From assembly GCA_964577555.1 (NCBI GenBank), contig CAZNZM010000002.1:63012-95011 (forward strand): a stretch of 32,000 bases of DNA, given 5' to 3'. A program made the position numbers and the translations under genes. Positions within the stretch are counted from its first letter, which is position 1, and every line of letters starts with the position of its first letter. Below are positions 7,798 to 15,985 of this stretch, one piece after another. Origin of the DNA: an uncultured archaeon. Its GTDB lineage: Archaea > Iainarchaeota > Iainarchaeia > Iainarchaeales > Iainarchaeaceae. The notes under the pieces were generated by a model. The model searched no databases. It was not told the DNA's origin and saw nothing but the letters and a program-made list of their open reading frames with translations.

Positions 7798-8991
7798 ATG
7801 AAAGGTTTTGACAGTATTAAGTCTGCATTGAAAGATCTTAAAAATGGAAAAATGGTGGTTGTGGTTGATGGTGATGATCGGGAAAATGAAGGGGATATTT
7901 TGCTTGCTGCCGAAAAGGCGACTCCAGAAAAATTGAATTTTATAATAAAAGAAGCAAGAGGCCTTTTATGTGTTCCAATAACACAGAAAAAAGCAGATCA
8001 ATTGGGCCTTCCGAAAATGACTTGGCAGAATGACAAATTTAATACTCCTTTTACTGTTTCTGTTGATGCGGCTTCTTGCGGTACAGGTATAAGCGTGCAA
8101 GACAGGCTTCTCACTATTAAAAAAATTCTTTCCGAAAAGTCCAAACCAGAGTCATTGCGCCGACCCGGGCATTTGTTTCCTTTGGTTGCTCAGGATGCAG
8201 GAGTTCTTGCGAGGCCGGGCCACACGGAAGCCGCGGTTGATTTGCTTTTGCTTGCAAATCTGAAACCAGTCGGAGTAATTTCAGAAATTATGAACGATGA
8301 CGGTTCAATGGCAAGGTTGCCAGAATTAAAGAAATTTGCTAAATTGCATAATTTGAAATTGATTTCAATAAGGGATTTAATCGATTACAAGATTTCTGCA
8401 GGAAAAAACATTTTAGAATGTGGTCATGCCAAGCTTCCAACAAAATTTGGAAATTTTGAAGCAATAGGTTTTCGCGATTCCCTTGCAAACGAAATTTATT
8501 TAGTAGTAAAAAAAGGAGATTTGAAAAAAGGCAAATCGCCTTTGGTAAGAATTCATTCTGCATGCATAACTGGAGATGTTTTTCACAGCCTTAGGTGTGA
8601 CTGCAATGATCAATTGCATGCAGCGTTAAAAAAAATTGAAAGAAATGGAAATGGTTTGGTTATTTATGTGCCTCATCATGAAGGCAGAGGGGCTGGGCTT
8701 TTGAACAAGCTTAAAGCTTATGAATTGCAAGAAAAAGGCAGGGACACTGTTGATGCAAATTTGGAGCTTGGCTTGGAAATTGATAGCAGGGATTTTGGTC
8801 CAAGCGCACAAATTTTGCTTCATTTAGGAATTAAGAAAATCAGATTAATGAGCAACAACCCTGTAAAAAAATTGAATCTTGAAGCTTATGGTATAAAGAT
8901 CACAGAAGTGGTGCCTTTAAAGGTAAAACCTAACAAATATAATAAATTTTATCTTGAAACCAAAAAATTAAAATTAGGACATTTTTTATAA
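7798..8991 (+). CDS. ribBA: Bifunctional 3,4-dihydroxy-2-butanone-4-phosphate synthase / GTP cyclohydrolase II (RibBA)
   Basis: DHBPS motifs DRENEGD and GHTEAAVDL. GCH-II zinc motif HSACITGDVFHSLRCDCNDQL, followed by HEGRGAGL. The ATG at 7798 lies inside the track ORF that starts at 7786. Confidence 0.93.
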   Translation: MKGFDSIKSALKDLKNGKMVVVVDGDDRENEGDILLAAEKATPEKLNFIIKEARGLLCVPITQKKADQLGLPKMTWQNDKFNTPFTVSVDAASCGTGISVQDRLLTIKKILSEKSKPESLRRPGHLFPLVAQDAGVLARPGHTEAAVDLLLLANLKPVGVISEIMNDDGSMARLPELKKFAKLHNLKLISIRDLIDYKISAGKNILECGHAKLPTKFGNFEAIGFRDSLANEIYLVVKKGDLKKGKSPLVRIHSACITGDVFHSLRCDCNDQLHAALKKIERNGNGLVIYVPHHEGRGAGLLNKLKAYELQEKGRDTVDANLELGLEIDSRDFGPSAQILLHLGIKKIRLMSNNPVKKLNLEAYGIKITEVVPLKVKPNKYNKFYLETKKLKLGHFL

Positions 8992-9054
8992 AATTTGTTT
9001 TTTGAAATTATTCATTAAACATTTGTTTAAATTAATTTATCAAGGTGTTTTAAA

Positions 9055-9963
9055 TTGTCTGAAAAATTCTCTGCTATATTTGGGCTTATAGTTTCGTCTT
9101 TTATTTTTGCAATTGTAGGGATTTCTTACAAATTGTTTATTTCAATAGGAATTGCATTTATTTCTTTTTTTTGGATAACTCGGTTGTTAAAATTGCTTAC
9201 TGTTTACGGGATTATGAAAGCAAGAGGAATAAATATTGAAATAATCAGTGATAGGCGAGAATTATTTTTTCTTTATTTAAACGGTTTTTTTAGCGTAATA
9301 AGTCCTATTTTTTTTGCTCTTGCATTGATTTATACAAAAGTATCAACAGCATATTTCCTTTCATACACAATGCCTGCCTGGACTTTGATTTTTTCAGTTG
9401 CATTTCTTGGTGAAAAAATTTCTTTAAAAAAATTATTCGGAATAATGCTTACTGTTATTGGAATTTTTTTGATTACACAACCTGGCGACTTATCTTTAGT
9501 AAATTTAGGTTTTATTTTTGGGGTTCTTACAGCTTTTTCTCATGCCGGGGATATTATAACCTCGCGAGAACTTAAAGATTATAAACCTGAATTAGTTTCG
9601 TTTTACTCTAACTTTTTTCAATTTGTCATATTTACTCTGGCTTTTTTTGCAATGTCAAAAGAAATTATTTTTTGGGAGCCTATAATTATTTTTTATTTAA
9701 TAATTATTGGCATACTTTTGGGAGTTGCCAGTTCTTTTTATTATTACTCTCTGCATTATATTGAAGCCTCGAAAGCAGCAATAATATCACTTACAGAACT
9801 CATATTTGCTTTATTTTTAGGCATGTTGCTTTTACAAGAGACTCATTCCATTTTTGAATGGTTTGGTTATTTGTTTATAATACTTGCAGCAGGGATATTT
9901 ATTTTGAGAAAATCATCTATTCAAAATTTTACACGATTGATAAATTTCAAAAGAAAATACTAG
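9055..9963 (+). CDS. EamA/DMT-family transporter
   Basis: 302 aa with about 10 hydrophobic segments in two repeated halves, typical of EamA. TTG start with AAGGTG SD 7 nt upstream. Confidence 0.75.
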   Translation: MSEKFSAIFGLIVSSFIFAIVGISYKLFISIGIAFISFFWITRLLKLLTVYGIMKARGINIEIISDRRELFFLYLNGFFSVISPIFFALALIYTKVSTAYFLSYTMPAWTLIFSVAFLGEKISLKKLFGIMLTVIGIFLITQPGDLSLVNLGFIFGVLTAFSHAGDIITSRELKDYKPELVSFYSNFFQFVIFTLAFFAMSKEIIFWEPIIIFYLIIIGILLGVASSFYYYSLHYIEASKAAIISLTELIFALFLGMLLLQETHSIFEWFGYLFIILAAGIFILRKSSIQNFTRLINFKRKY

Positions 9964-10128
9964 AGTCTTTTGCAAGTTGTTTTAGTTTAAAGTAATAATT
10001 TATGAAGAAATAAATAGAATGGTGCTCTCATATATAATCCGATGCTTTATGACTTCTATTAGCAAGCTTGGTTAAATTATTACACAAGAATTTTGATCAG
10101 CGTTCGCAAACACGACAATTATAGAAAT

Positions 10129-10142
10129 TTTGGCATGCCAAA
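10129..10142. promoter_or_regulatory. Perfect 14-bp palindrome TTTGGCATGCCAAA; candidate operator upstream of the wHTH-led operon
   Basis: Read directly from the sequence. It lies 47 nt upstream of the ATG at 10189, next to AT-rich TATA-like sequence (ATTAAATAA). Confidence 0.3.
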
Positions 10143-10188
10143 CATTAAATAATTGTTTTTTATTATTTTGTGTTTTAATTTTAATTAA

Positions 10189-10527
10189 ATGGCAAAAAAA
10201 TCTGGGTATCCAGAATTGTCTGAGTTAGAATTGCGCATACTTGAAATAGTTAGGGAGCGTTGGCCGTCGTCTGCTTTGGAAATAGCTGAGAATTTAGGTG
10301 AAGATGTTTCCTCACATGAAAAACGAAAGCAACAATCAACCAAATATATTTATTATTTGAAAAAACTCGTTGAGAAAAGGCTGATTCTGTCAAAAAGAGC
10401 CGGCAATTTGTTATTGGTTTGGCCAATTGAAGCCGAAGCCTATAGGGCAATTCACCGCATAATTTCAGAAGCTGAAAAAAACGCAGTTGCATGTATTGAA
10501 AAAAAGGCAGGTTATAAAAATGCTTAA
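10189..10527 (+). CDS. Winged-helix DNA-binding protein (MarR/ArsR-like fold)
   Basis: 112 aa. LSELELRILEIVRERWPSSALEIAENLG followed by a wing-like LILSKRAGNLLLVWP. Confidence 0.55.
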   Translation: MAKKSGYPELSELELRILEIVRERWPSSALEIAENLGEDVSSHEKRKQQSTKYIYYLKKLVEKRLILSKRAGNLLLVWPIEAEAYRAIHRIISEAEKNAVACIEKKAGYKNA

Positions 10528-11089
10528 CTCGTTTTTGGATAAATACATATTTACAAATTCTTTTAGCTACAAACACAACAACTTTTATTTAGTAAACATT
10601 CCGCTTGTTATAATTCCGGTTACTACTTTGGTTGCAATAGCTGAACAAAACAACAAAGACCTTAATATTGAAGTTTATTATTCAATAAAAGAGTCAATAA
10701 TTTCTTTAATAAAAGAAAACATAATATTTGAATTTGGCACTAGCAATGAAAAAATTGTCGAATTCATGAATAATTTTTTTTCAGCTTGTGGTTGGGGGAA
10801 AATAGATATTATTGACCTTGATAAATTAAATACGCGTGCAATACTTTCAGTTACAAATTCTCCTGTAGCAAAATTGTGTAAAATATCAAAAAATCCTTGT
10901 GACACTTTTCTGAGAGGCTTTTTTGCAGCAATATTTTCAACATATTTCAAAAAAGATATTGATTGTGTGGAAATAAAATGTGCCTGTCTTGGTTCGCAAT
11001 CATGCGAGTTTATTATAAAACCTATTCAAGAATTCAATTTTGAAAATAATCTGACAAGAAATCAATTATTGTCTAAAAAAGATTTTTGA
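10520..11089 (+). CDS. V4R-domain (predicted hydrophobic small-molecule-binding) protein
   Basis: The C-terminus CDTFLRGFFAAIFSTYFKKDIDCVEIKCACLGSQSCEFIIKP fits the V4R cysteine pattern (E..C...G...C.F). The ATG at 10520 overlaps the upstream stop by 8 nt. The track start is 10487. Confidence 0.7.
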   Translation: MLNSFLDKYIFTNSFSYKHNNFYLVNIPLVIIPVTTLVAIAEQNNKDLNIEVYYSIKESIISLIKENIIFEFGTSNEKIVEFMNNFFSACGWGKIDIIDLDKLNTRAILSVTNSPVAKLCKISKNPCDTFLRGFFAAIFSTYFKKDIDCVEIKCACLGSQSCEFIIKPIQEFNFENNLTRNQLLSKKDF

Positions 11090-11100
11090 AATGTTTTATC

Positions 11101-11937
11101 ATGTTAATTAAATTCAAAAGATTCAGTCAATTACACAAAAAACTAGCAATTTTAATAACACCAGAACCTTTTAAATATGCCAAATACATGATATTTTTAA
11201 TGATTGAAAGATGTCCTACAGGTATAGAAGGTTTGGATAAGGCATTAAACGGCGGAATACCAAGAAACAATATTGTCCTAATTTCAGGCGGAGCAGGAAC
11301 CGGAAAAAGCACCCTTTGCCTTCAATTCTTAATTAACGGAGTAAAAATATTCAACGAAAAAAGCCTTTATATCTCAACAGAACAAAGCAAAAAAGAAATA
11401 TTCAAAACAGCAGAGAGCTTTGGCTGGGATTTGGCTTCACTCGAAGCCACTAACAAACTAAAAGTAGTTTACTTCGACATTGTCGAAACCGACGGCTTCT
11501 TAGAAAAAATGTATGAACTTTACACTTCTTTTATGCCAAAAAGAGTTGTCATAGACTCGTTAACAACACTAGCAGATTCTTTACTAATTTCCAATAAAGA
11601 AACAGACAAATCCTATTCGCTAGTTAAAATAGCAGATAGTGTCTCACCAATACCAAAAACAGAAAGGCTAGTTCAAAAAAGCCTGCTTTATCACTTGATG
11701 AAAAAACTCCGCCTCTTTGACTCAACAATCCTTCTAACTTCAGAATTACTTGAAGGACAAAACGGCCTCAGCGCCGACCAAATAAGCGAATTCGTATGTG
11801 ATGGAGTGATGGTTTTAAAATATTTAGCAATAGGCGAAACATTGAGTAGGACTATTGAAATAAAAAAAATGAGATACACTACTATTGAAGGCGGAATAAA
11901 ATCTTATGAATTTAGTGATAATGGAATAATACTTTGA
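11101..11937 (+). CDS. KaiC-like / RadA-like single-domain RecA-superfamily ATPase
   Basis: CPTGIEGLDKALNGGIPRNNIVLISGGAGTGKSTLCLQFL (Walker A), then RVVIDSLT (Walker B-like). Homology begins near the ATGs at 11188 and 11200, so the true start may be one of those. Confidence 0.85.
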   Translation: MLIKFKRFSQLHKKLAILITPEPFKYAKYMIFLMIERCPTGIEGLDKALNGGIPRNNIVLISGGAGTGKSTLCLQFLINGVKIFNEKSLYISTEQSKKEIFKTAESFGWDLASLEATNKLKVVYFDIVETDGFLEKMYELYTSFMPKRVVIDSLTTLADSLLISNKETDKSYSLVKIADSVSPIPKTERLVQKSLLYHLMKKLRLFDSTILLTSELLEGQNGLSADQISEFVCDGVMVLKYLAIGETLSRTIEIKKMRYTTIEGGIKSYEFSDNGIIL

Positions 11938-11959
11938 TTTTTATGCGAGGTTAATTTTT

Positions 11960-13108
11960 ATGGATATTAAAGATAATTTTGTTAGACTTTATGTAAAGAG
12001 ATTTGTAATTCCAAGAGCTTTGATTTTAGATGTTCCTGGTTTTGTTAATTTTAAAATTTCTGGAAAAACTTCAATTTTTGCAAGACAACTTTTAGTTCCT
12101 GAATCATTTTTTATTAATTTAGAAAAAGTTATTGTCGAAAAATTCGGTGAAAAAGGAAAATCGATTTTTTATTCTGTTGGAAAAAAATTCGGTTATAGTT
12201 TTGCACAATTAGGAAGATTTGAAAATATCTCAGATCATCCTGGCGATGCTGTTAAGGATTGGATTGTTATAGCTAGTAAATTTGTTGAAGGAACTTATGC
12301 TTCTGAAATAAGCCAAGTTATTGATGTGAAAAATAAAACAGTAGATTATACTCTAAAAAATTTTGTAATTTGTAGAAAGTTAGGTTACGATTTTTTTTTA
12401 GCTACTGGCGGTGCAGCAGGTGTCATTGCATGGTTATTTCAAGATAAAAACATAGAAGGGTATTATTATGATAATAAATTTTTGGAAGATGGCAACATTT
12501 GTAAAGTAAAATGTGCGCCATATAAAATATTAAAAAATTCATTTTCTGACAACGTATTTTCTGAAACTAATTTAGATGATCTTACTCATGATCCAATGAA
12601 TTACTTGAAGTTTAACGAAGAAAAGCCACTAAGATATAATAAATCTTTTAGTAATTATCTAGATGCAAAAATATTTTCTTATGAAAATGGTATTGTGAGT
12701 TATAATTATAATAAAGAAAGATTTTTTTTAATGGAAGTAAGTGGAATGTACTTACTTGAAAAAGAATTGAAAGCTAATGGTTTGAGTAATATACTTTTTG
12801 ATATAGCTTATGATGCTGGCAAGAATTTGTTTAGTGAATTTGGGCAAAAAGATGAAAAATCGTGTTTGGAATTAATGGCAGCATTAGGTTGGGGGGAGAT
12901 ATTGGTTTTACCACCTGTTAATAATAAATTAAATATTGTTGTAAATTATTTCCCTTGGACCAAATGGTATAATGAAATTAATTTTTCTATGTTGAGTGGT
13001 TTTTTAAGTGGAATGTTATCAAATATTAAAGGGTACAAAGTAAGATTAGAAAACCCAATTGTAGATATTAATAATAGTTATTTGGCTATTTTATATCGTG
13101 AAATTTGA
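11960..13108 (+). CDS. Protein with two V4R-like halves (tandem hydrocarbon-binding-like domains)
   Basis: 382 aa. The first half ends ...ATGGAAGVIAWLF...EDGNICKVKCAPY, which is V4R-like. The second half, ...DAGKNLF...LMAALGWGEILVL...LSGFLSGMLSNIKGYKV, repeats the pattern without the cysteines. GAGGT SD upstream. Confidence 0.5.
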   Translation: MDIKDNFVRLYVKRFVIPRALILDVPGFVNFKISGKTSIFARQLLVPESFFINLEKVIVEKFGEKGKSIFYSVGKKFGYSFAQLGRFENISDHPGDAVKDWIVIASKFVEGTYASEISQVIDVKNKTVDYTLKNFVICRKLGYDFFLATGGAAGVIAWLFQDKNIEGYYYDNKFLEDGNICKVKCAPYKILKNSFSDNVFSETNLDDLTHDPMNYLKFNEEKPLRYNKSFSNYLDAKIFSYENGIVSYNYNKERFFLMEVSGMYLLEKELKANGLSNILFDIAYDAGKNLFSEFGQKDEKSCLELMAALGWGEILVLPPVNNKLNIVVNYFPWTKWYNEINFSMLSGFLSGMLSNIKGYKVRLENPIVDINNSYLAILYREI

Positions 13109-13896
13109 TCATTATGAAGAAAATAGGCTATATTGAAAATTTTTTATATAAATTAAGATCTGAAGGGCCTTTAATTATACCTCAAATAGACCCTGATAAA
13201 TATTCCCCAGATAGCTCAAAAGATTGGTTTAAAAATGTTAAGAGTTTAGGCATTCCAATAATTGCTATTGGTGGAAGTATAGTTGACAGTTTTAATTTGC
13301 AAAATTTAATCGATATTGCTGTTAGAGATTATGAATTTTTAGTAATAACATATTTAACAACTAATTCTATTAGTTCATTGAAAGGTTATAAAGGAAAAAC
13401 TGCTGTGTATTGGATGCATGTTCCAACTTCTAATAATACTTTTTATAATTGGGATGGGTTAATTTCCAATTCTTTAAGTATTGAAAAGAATGAATTTGAA
13501 ACTTTGCCTACAATTTATGTTTTTGATGATCGTGGGTCTATTGCAACTTCTAATTGGATGACTAGGGCATATCCAATCCCACAAGACAAACCAAAAATAA
13601 GTTTAGCAGTAGCAAAAGCTGCTGAATTTTTAGGCATTAGATTTTATATTATGGCAGGTGGCTCAGGTTGTTTTAAACCACCCCCGTATAAACATGTTGA
13701 ATTGTTGAGTAAAAAAACTAGTTTATTTGTAATACCTACAAGTGGAATTAACACTTCTGATCAAGCTTATAAGTTATATAAATTTGGAGCTGATGCATTG
13801 CATATTGGAAATAGGTTGGAATTACCGGGCGGATTTAATATTTTAAAAAAAATAGTAAGGGTTTCAAAGAAATTTCCTGGAAAAGAATTTTTATGA
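13105..13896 (+). CDS. Divergent member of the GGGPS/PcrB (polyprenylglyceryl phosphate synthase) TIM-barrel family
   Basis: By-eye alignment to archaeal GGGPS: IPQIDPDK (..LDPD.), IIAIGGS, HVPTSNNTFYNWDG (LLNS.N..W..G), FYIMAGGSG (YLEAGSG), ADALHIGN (AD.IVVGN). An alternative ATG lies at 13114. Confidence 0.65.
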   Translation: MIIMKKIGYIENFLYKLRSEGPLIIPQIDPDKYSPDSSKDWFKNVKSLGIPIIAIGGSIVDSFNLQNLIDIAVRDYEFLVITYLTTNSISSLKGYKGKTAVYWMHVPTSNNTFYNWDGLISNSLSIEKNEFETLPTIYVFDDRGSIATSNWMTRAYPIPQDKPKISLAVAKAAEFLGIRFYIMAGGSGCFKPPPYKHVELLSKKTSLFVIPTSGINTSDQAYKLYKFGADALHIGNRLELPGGFNILKKIVRVSKKFPGKEFL

Positions 13897-14633
13897 ATAC
13901 TATTAATTATTCAAAATACAATGATTTTATTTTATTAAAAAATAATTTTAATTTGTCTAGTAAATTAGAAGATTTGGATTTTGCTATTTTTGATTTTGAT
14001 GGAACTTTATATCCTGGAATGATATTGCTTGATCTAATCGAATATACTTTTTCAGAAGATATTTACAAAATGTCTAGGTTGGAAAATATTAAAAGAGATT
14101 ATAAGAATGGTTTATTTGTAAAATCCTATAAAAATTTTTTAAATTTGCTAAAAGGCGAAGAGAAATGTAAAGTTTCAGAAAATGCAAATTTTCTTTTGAA
14201 TAAGTCTTATCCTAGTAGTAGAGAATTTGTTAGTAAGCTTAATGAAAAATATAATTTAAAATGTAAGTTGGTTTCTTTGACTGCTGATTTTATAGCTGAT
14301 TTAGTAAGGAAAAGATATGGTTTTATTGAAGCTTCAGCCATTAATTATTCAACTAAAATATGTTGGGGAAAAGAGTATTTTACTGGTTTAAGTAATGATA
14401 AAATTATTGAACCACAAAATCTTAAAAAAAAATTATTTTTAAAATTAAGTGATATAAAGAAATCATCAAAGTTTATCTATTTTTGTGATAGTTTAGATGA
14501 TTTAAAAATTTTAGAAGATGCATATATTAAAGTTGCTATTAACCCAAATAAGAAAATTTTAGAGTTAATTGAATTCGACTTAATCATTAACGATTTTAAG
14601 GATCCTTGGATTCATTTGAACGAAATGGTGTAA
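13893..14633 (+). CDS. HAD-superfamily hydrolase, subfamily IB (phosphoserine-phosphatase-like)
   Basis: Motif I is FDFDGTLYPG, motif II is VSLTAD, motif IV is FCDSLDDLKILEDA. The start overlaps the upstream stop (ATGA). Confidence 0.8.
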   Translation: MNTINYSKYNDFILLKNNFNLSSKLEDLDFAIFDFDGTLYPGMILLDLIEYTFSEDIYKMSRLENIKRDYKNGLFVKSYKNFLNLLKGEEKCKVSENANFLLNKSYPSSREFVSKLNEKYNLKCKLVSLTADFIADLVRKRYGFIEASAINYSTKICWGKEYFTGLSNDKIIEPQNLKKKLFLKLSDIKKSSKFIYFCDSLDDLKILEDAYIKVAINPNKKILELIEFDLIINDFKDPWIHLNEMV

Positions 14634-14634
14634 A

Positions 14635-15588
14635 TCACTGATATTTTTTAACAATTTCATATATTTTTTTTCTAAAATAATCTGCCATTTGTTCATTTTT
14701 TGTTATTCTAACTATAGCATTTATTTTTGGTTCTTCTTTAATGCCAAAATCTTTGAATAAATCTTCACTATTTTTCCATTTTAAATAATAATTTTGAAAA
14801 AATTTTTTAGTTTCGTTATCAAACTTTACTTCTATTATATAATTACCTTGTATAAAAATGTCTTCTTCAATTTCAAATTTTGTACCTGTTGGCGGGGAAA
14901 TTCCACCAGATCTAATATATTGTTTTCTAATCCATTCACCAAAAGTGGTTTTTTTTCTAATTATTGCAATGGGCTTATAGTTAGTTAATGCCATTTTTCC
15001 TAATAATTCTAAATGTTCAAATCTAAACTTTATTATCCACCAACCATATTCCATTATACACACAAAACTTTTATCTTCAGAATTTCTTGCTAATTGTCTT
15101 GAAAATAAAAGTTTTGCCACAGAAACTGCTAAATCTGTCATTGAATTATATTCTAATTCTATTAAACCAAATTCTGAATTTTCAGATATTTTTATTTTTT
15201 CGTTTTCAAGGTATTTTTTTTCTAATTCTGTCATTAGGCGTTTAGAATTCTGTATCCATTCTATATTCAATTTATAAGTGTTAACATTCTTTACAATGAT
15301 ATTTTCTATTGTTAATTCTTTTATTATTTTATGAACTGCTTGATATGTAATATTTGTTTTGAATTCTTTTTGAAGACGGTTATATATTTTTTTAGCTGTA
15401 AGAGGCCATTCATCTGTTAATATTATTATTATTTTTTGTTTTGTTGAAGTATTTTCTGGGGCTACCTTTAATATTTGTAATTCATTTATCATATTCTTAT
15501 TTACTTTTTCATACAAAAATATTAAAATTGGTTTTTTTTGTGTTTTGCCTGGATTGCCTATTTGTTTTAATTCATTTTTTATTTTCAT
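14635..15588 (-). CDS. Winged-helix protein with a large uncharacterised C-terminal domain
   Basis: 317 aa. The N-terminal KIIIILTDEWPLTAKKIYNRLQKEFKTNITYQAVHKIIKELTIENII is wHTH-like. The remainder is unrecognised. Convergent with the HAD gene, leaving only a 1-nt gap. Confidence 0.5.
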   Translation of the reverse strand: MKIKNELKQIGNPGKTQKKPILIFLYEKVNKNMINELQILKVAPENTSTKQKIIIILTDEWPLTAKKIYNRLQKEFKTNITYQAVHKIIKELTIENIIVKNVNTYKLNIEWIQNSKRLMTELEKKYLENEKIKISENSEFGLIELEYNSMTDLAVSVAKLLFSRQLARNSEDKSFVCIMEYGWWIIKFRFEHLELLGKMALTNYKPIAIIRKKTTFGEWIRKQYIRSGGISPPTGTKFEIEEDIFIQGNYIIEVKFDNETKKFFQNYYLKWKNSEDLFKDFGIKEEPKINAIVRITKNEQMADYFRKKIYEIVKKYQ

Positions 15589-15628
15589 TTTTTTAAAGTT
15601 TTATTCTTATTTAGGTTTTTTTGTTTTT

Positions 15629-15910
15629 TTATGCTTTTATTAAAATTTCTTTTTCTTTGTCTATTAGTTCTAATATTTTTTCTGTTAGGTTATTGCAGTA
15701 GTAGATTTCTGATGTTTGGTTGATTATTTTTAGTTTTTCTAGTTTGGTTAATTCTGTTTCTATTTGGTTTTTTGGAATTCCAGTTTCTGTGGAGAGTGTG
15801 TGTTTTGTGCATGCTTTTTTTTGTTTTATTGTTTTTAGTATTTTGGCTTGTTTTATTGTTATTATTTTTTTTTGGCATAGTTTGAATAGGGTGATTTCGT
15901 AAAGGTTCAT
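15629..15910 (-). CDS. Small wHTH-like protein
   Basis: The probable start is the ATG giving MNLYEITLF... Contains KILKTIKQKKACTKHTLSTETGIPKNQIETELTKLEKLKII. The track's 5' extension to 15994 runs through a GC hairpin and is probably not coding. Confidence 0.4.
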   Translation of the reverse strand: MNLYEITLFKLCQKKIITIKQAKILKTIKQKKACTKHTLSTETGIPKNQIETELTKLEKLKIINQTSEIYYCNNLTEKILELIDKEKEILIKA

Positions 15911-15933
15911 GTTTTTTTCACTTTGTGGAGAGT

Positions 15934-15985
15934 TGCCCCGCCTTTCGGCGGGGTGCGAGCAGAGAATGCTAATTAGCATTTTTTC
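15934..15985. other. GC-rich hairpin plus an adjacent T-tailed palindromic hairpin; candidate small structured RNA or terminator-like element
   Basis: CCCCGCC-TTTC-GGCGGGG at 15936-15953 forms a 7-bp all-G:C stem. The loop reads GAAA on the minus strand. A perfect palindrome AATGCTAATTAGCATT at 15965-15980 runs into an oligo-T tract. This local GC content is exceptional for the AT-rich window. Confidence 0.3.
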
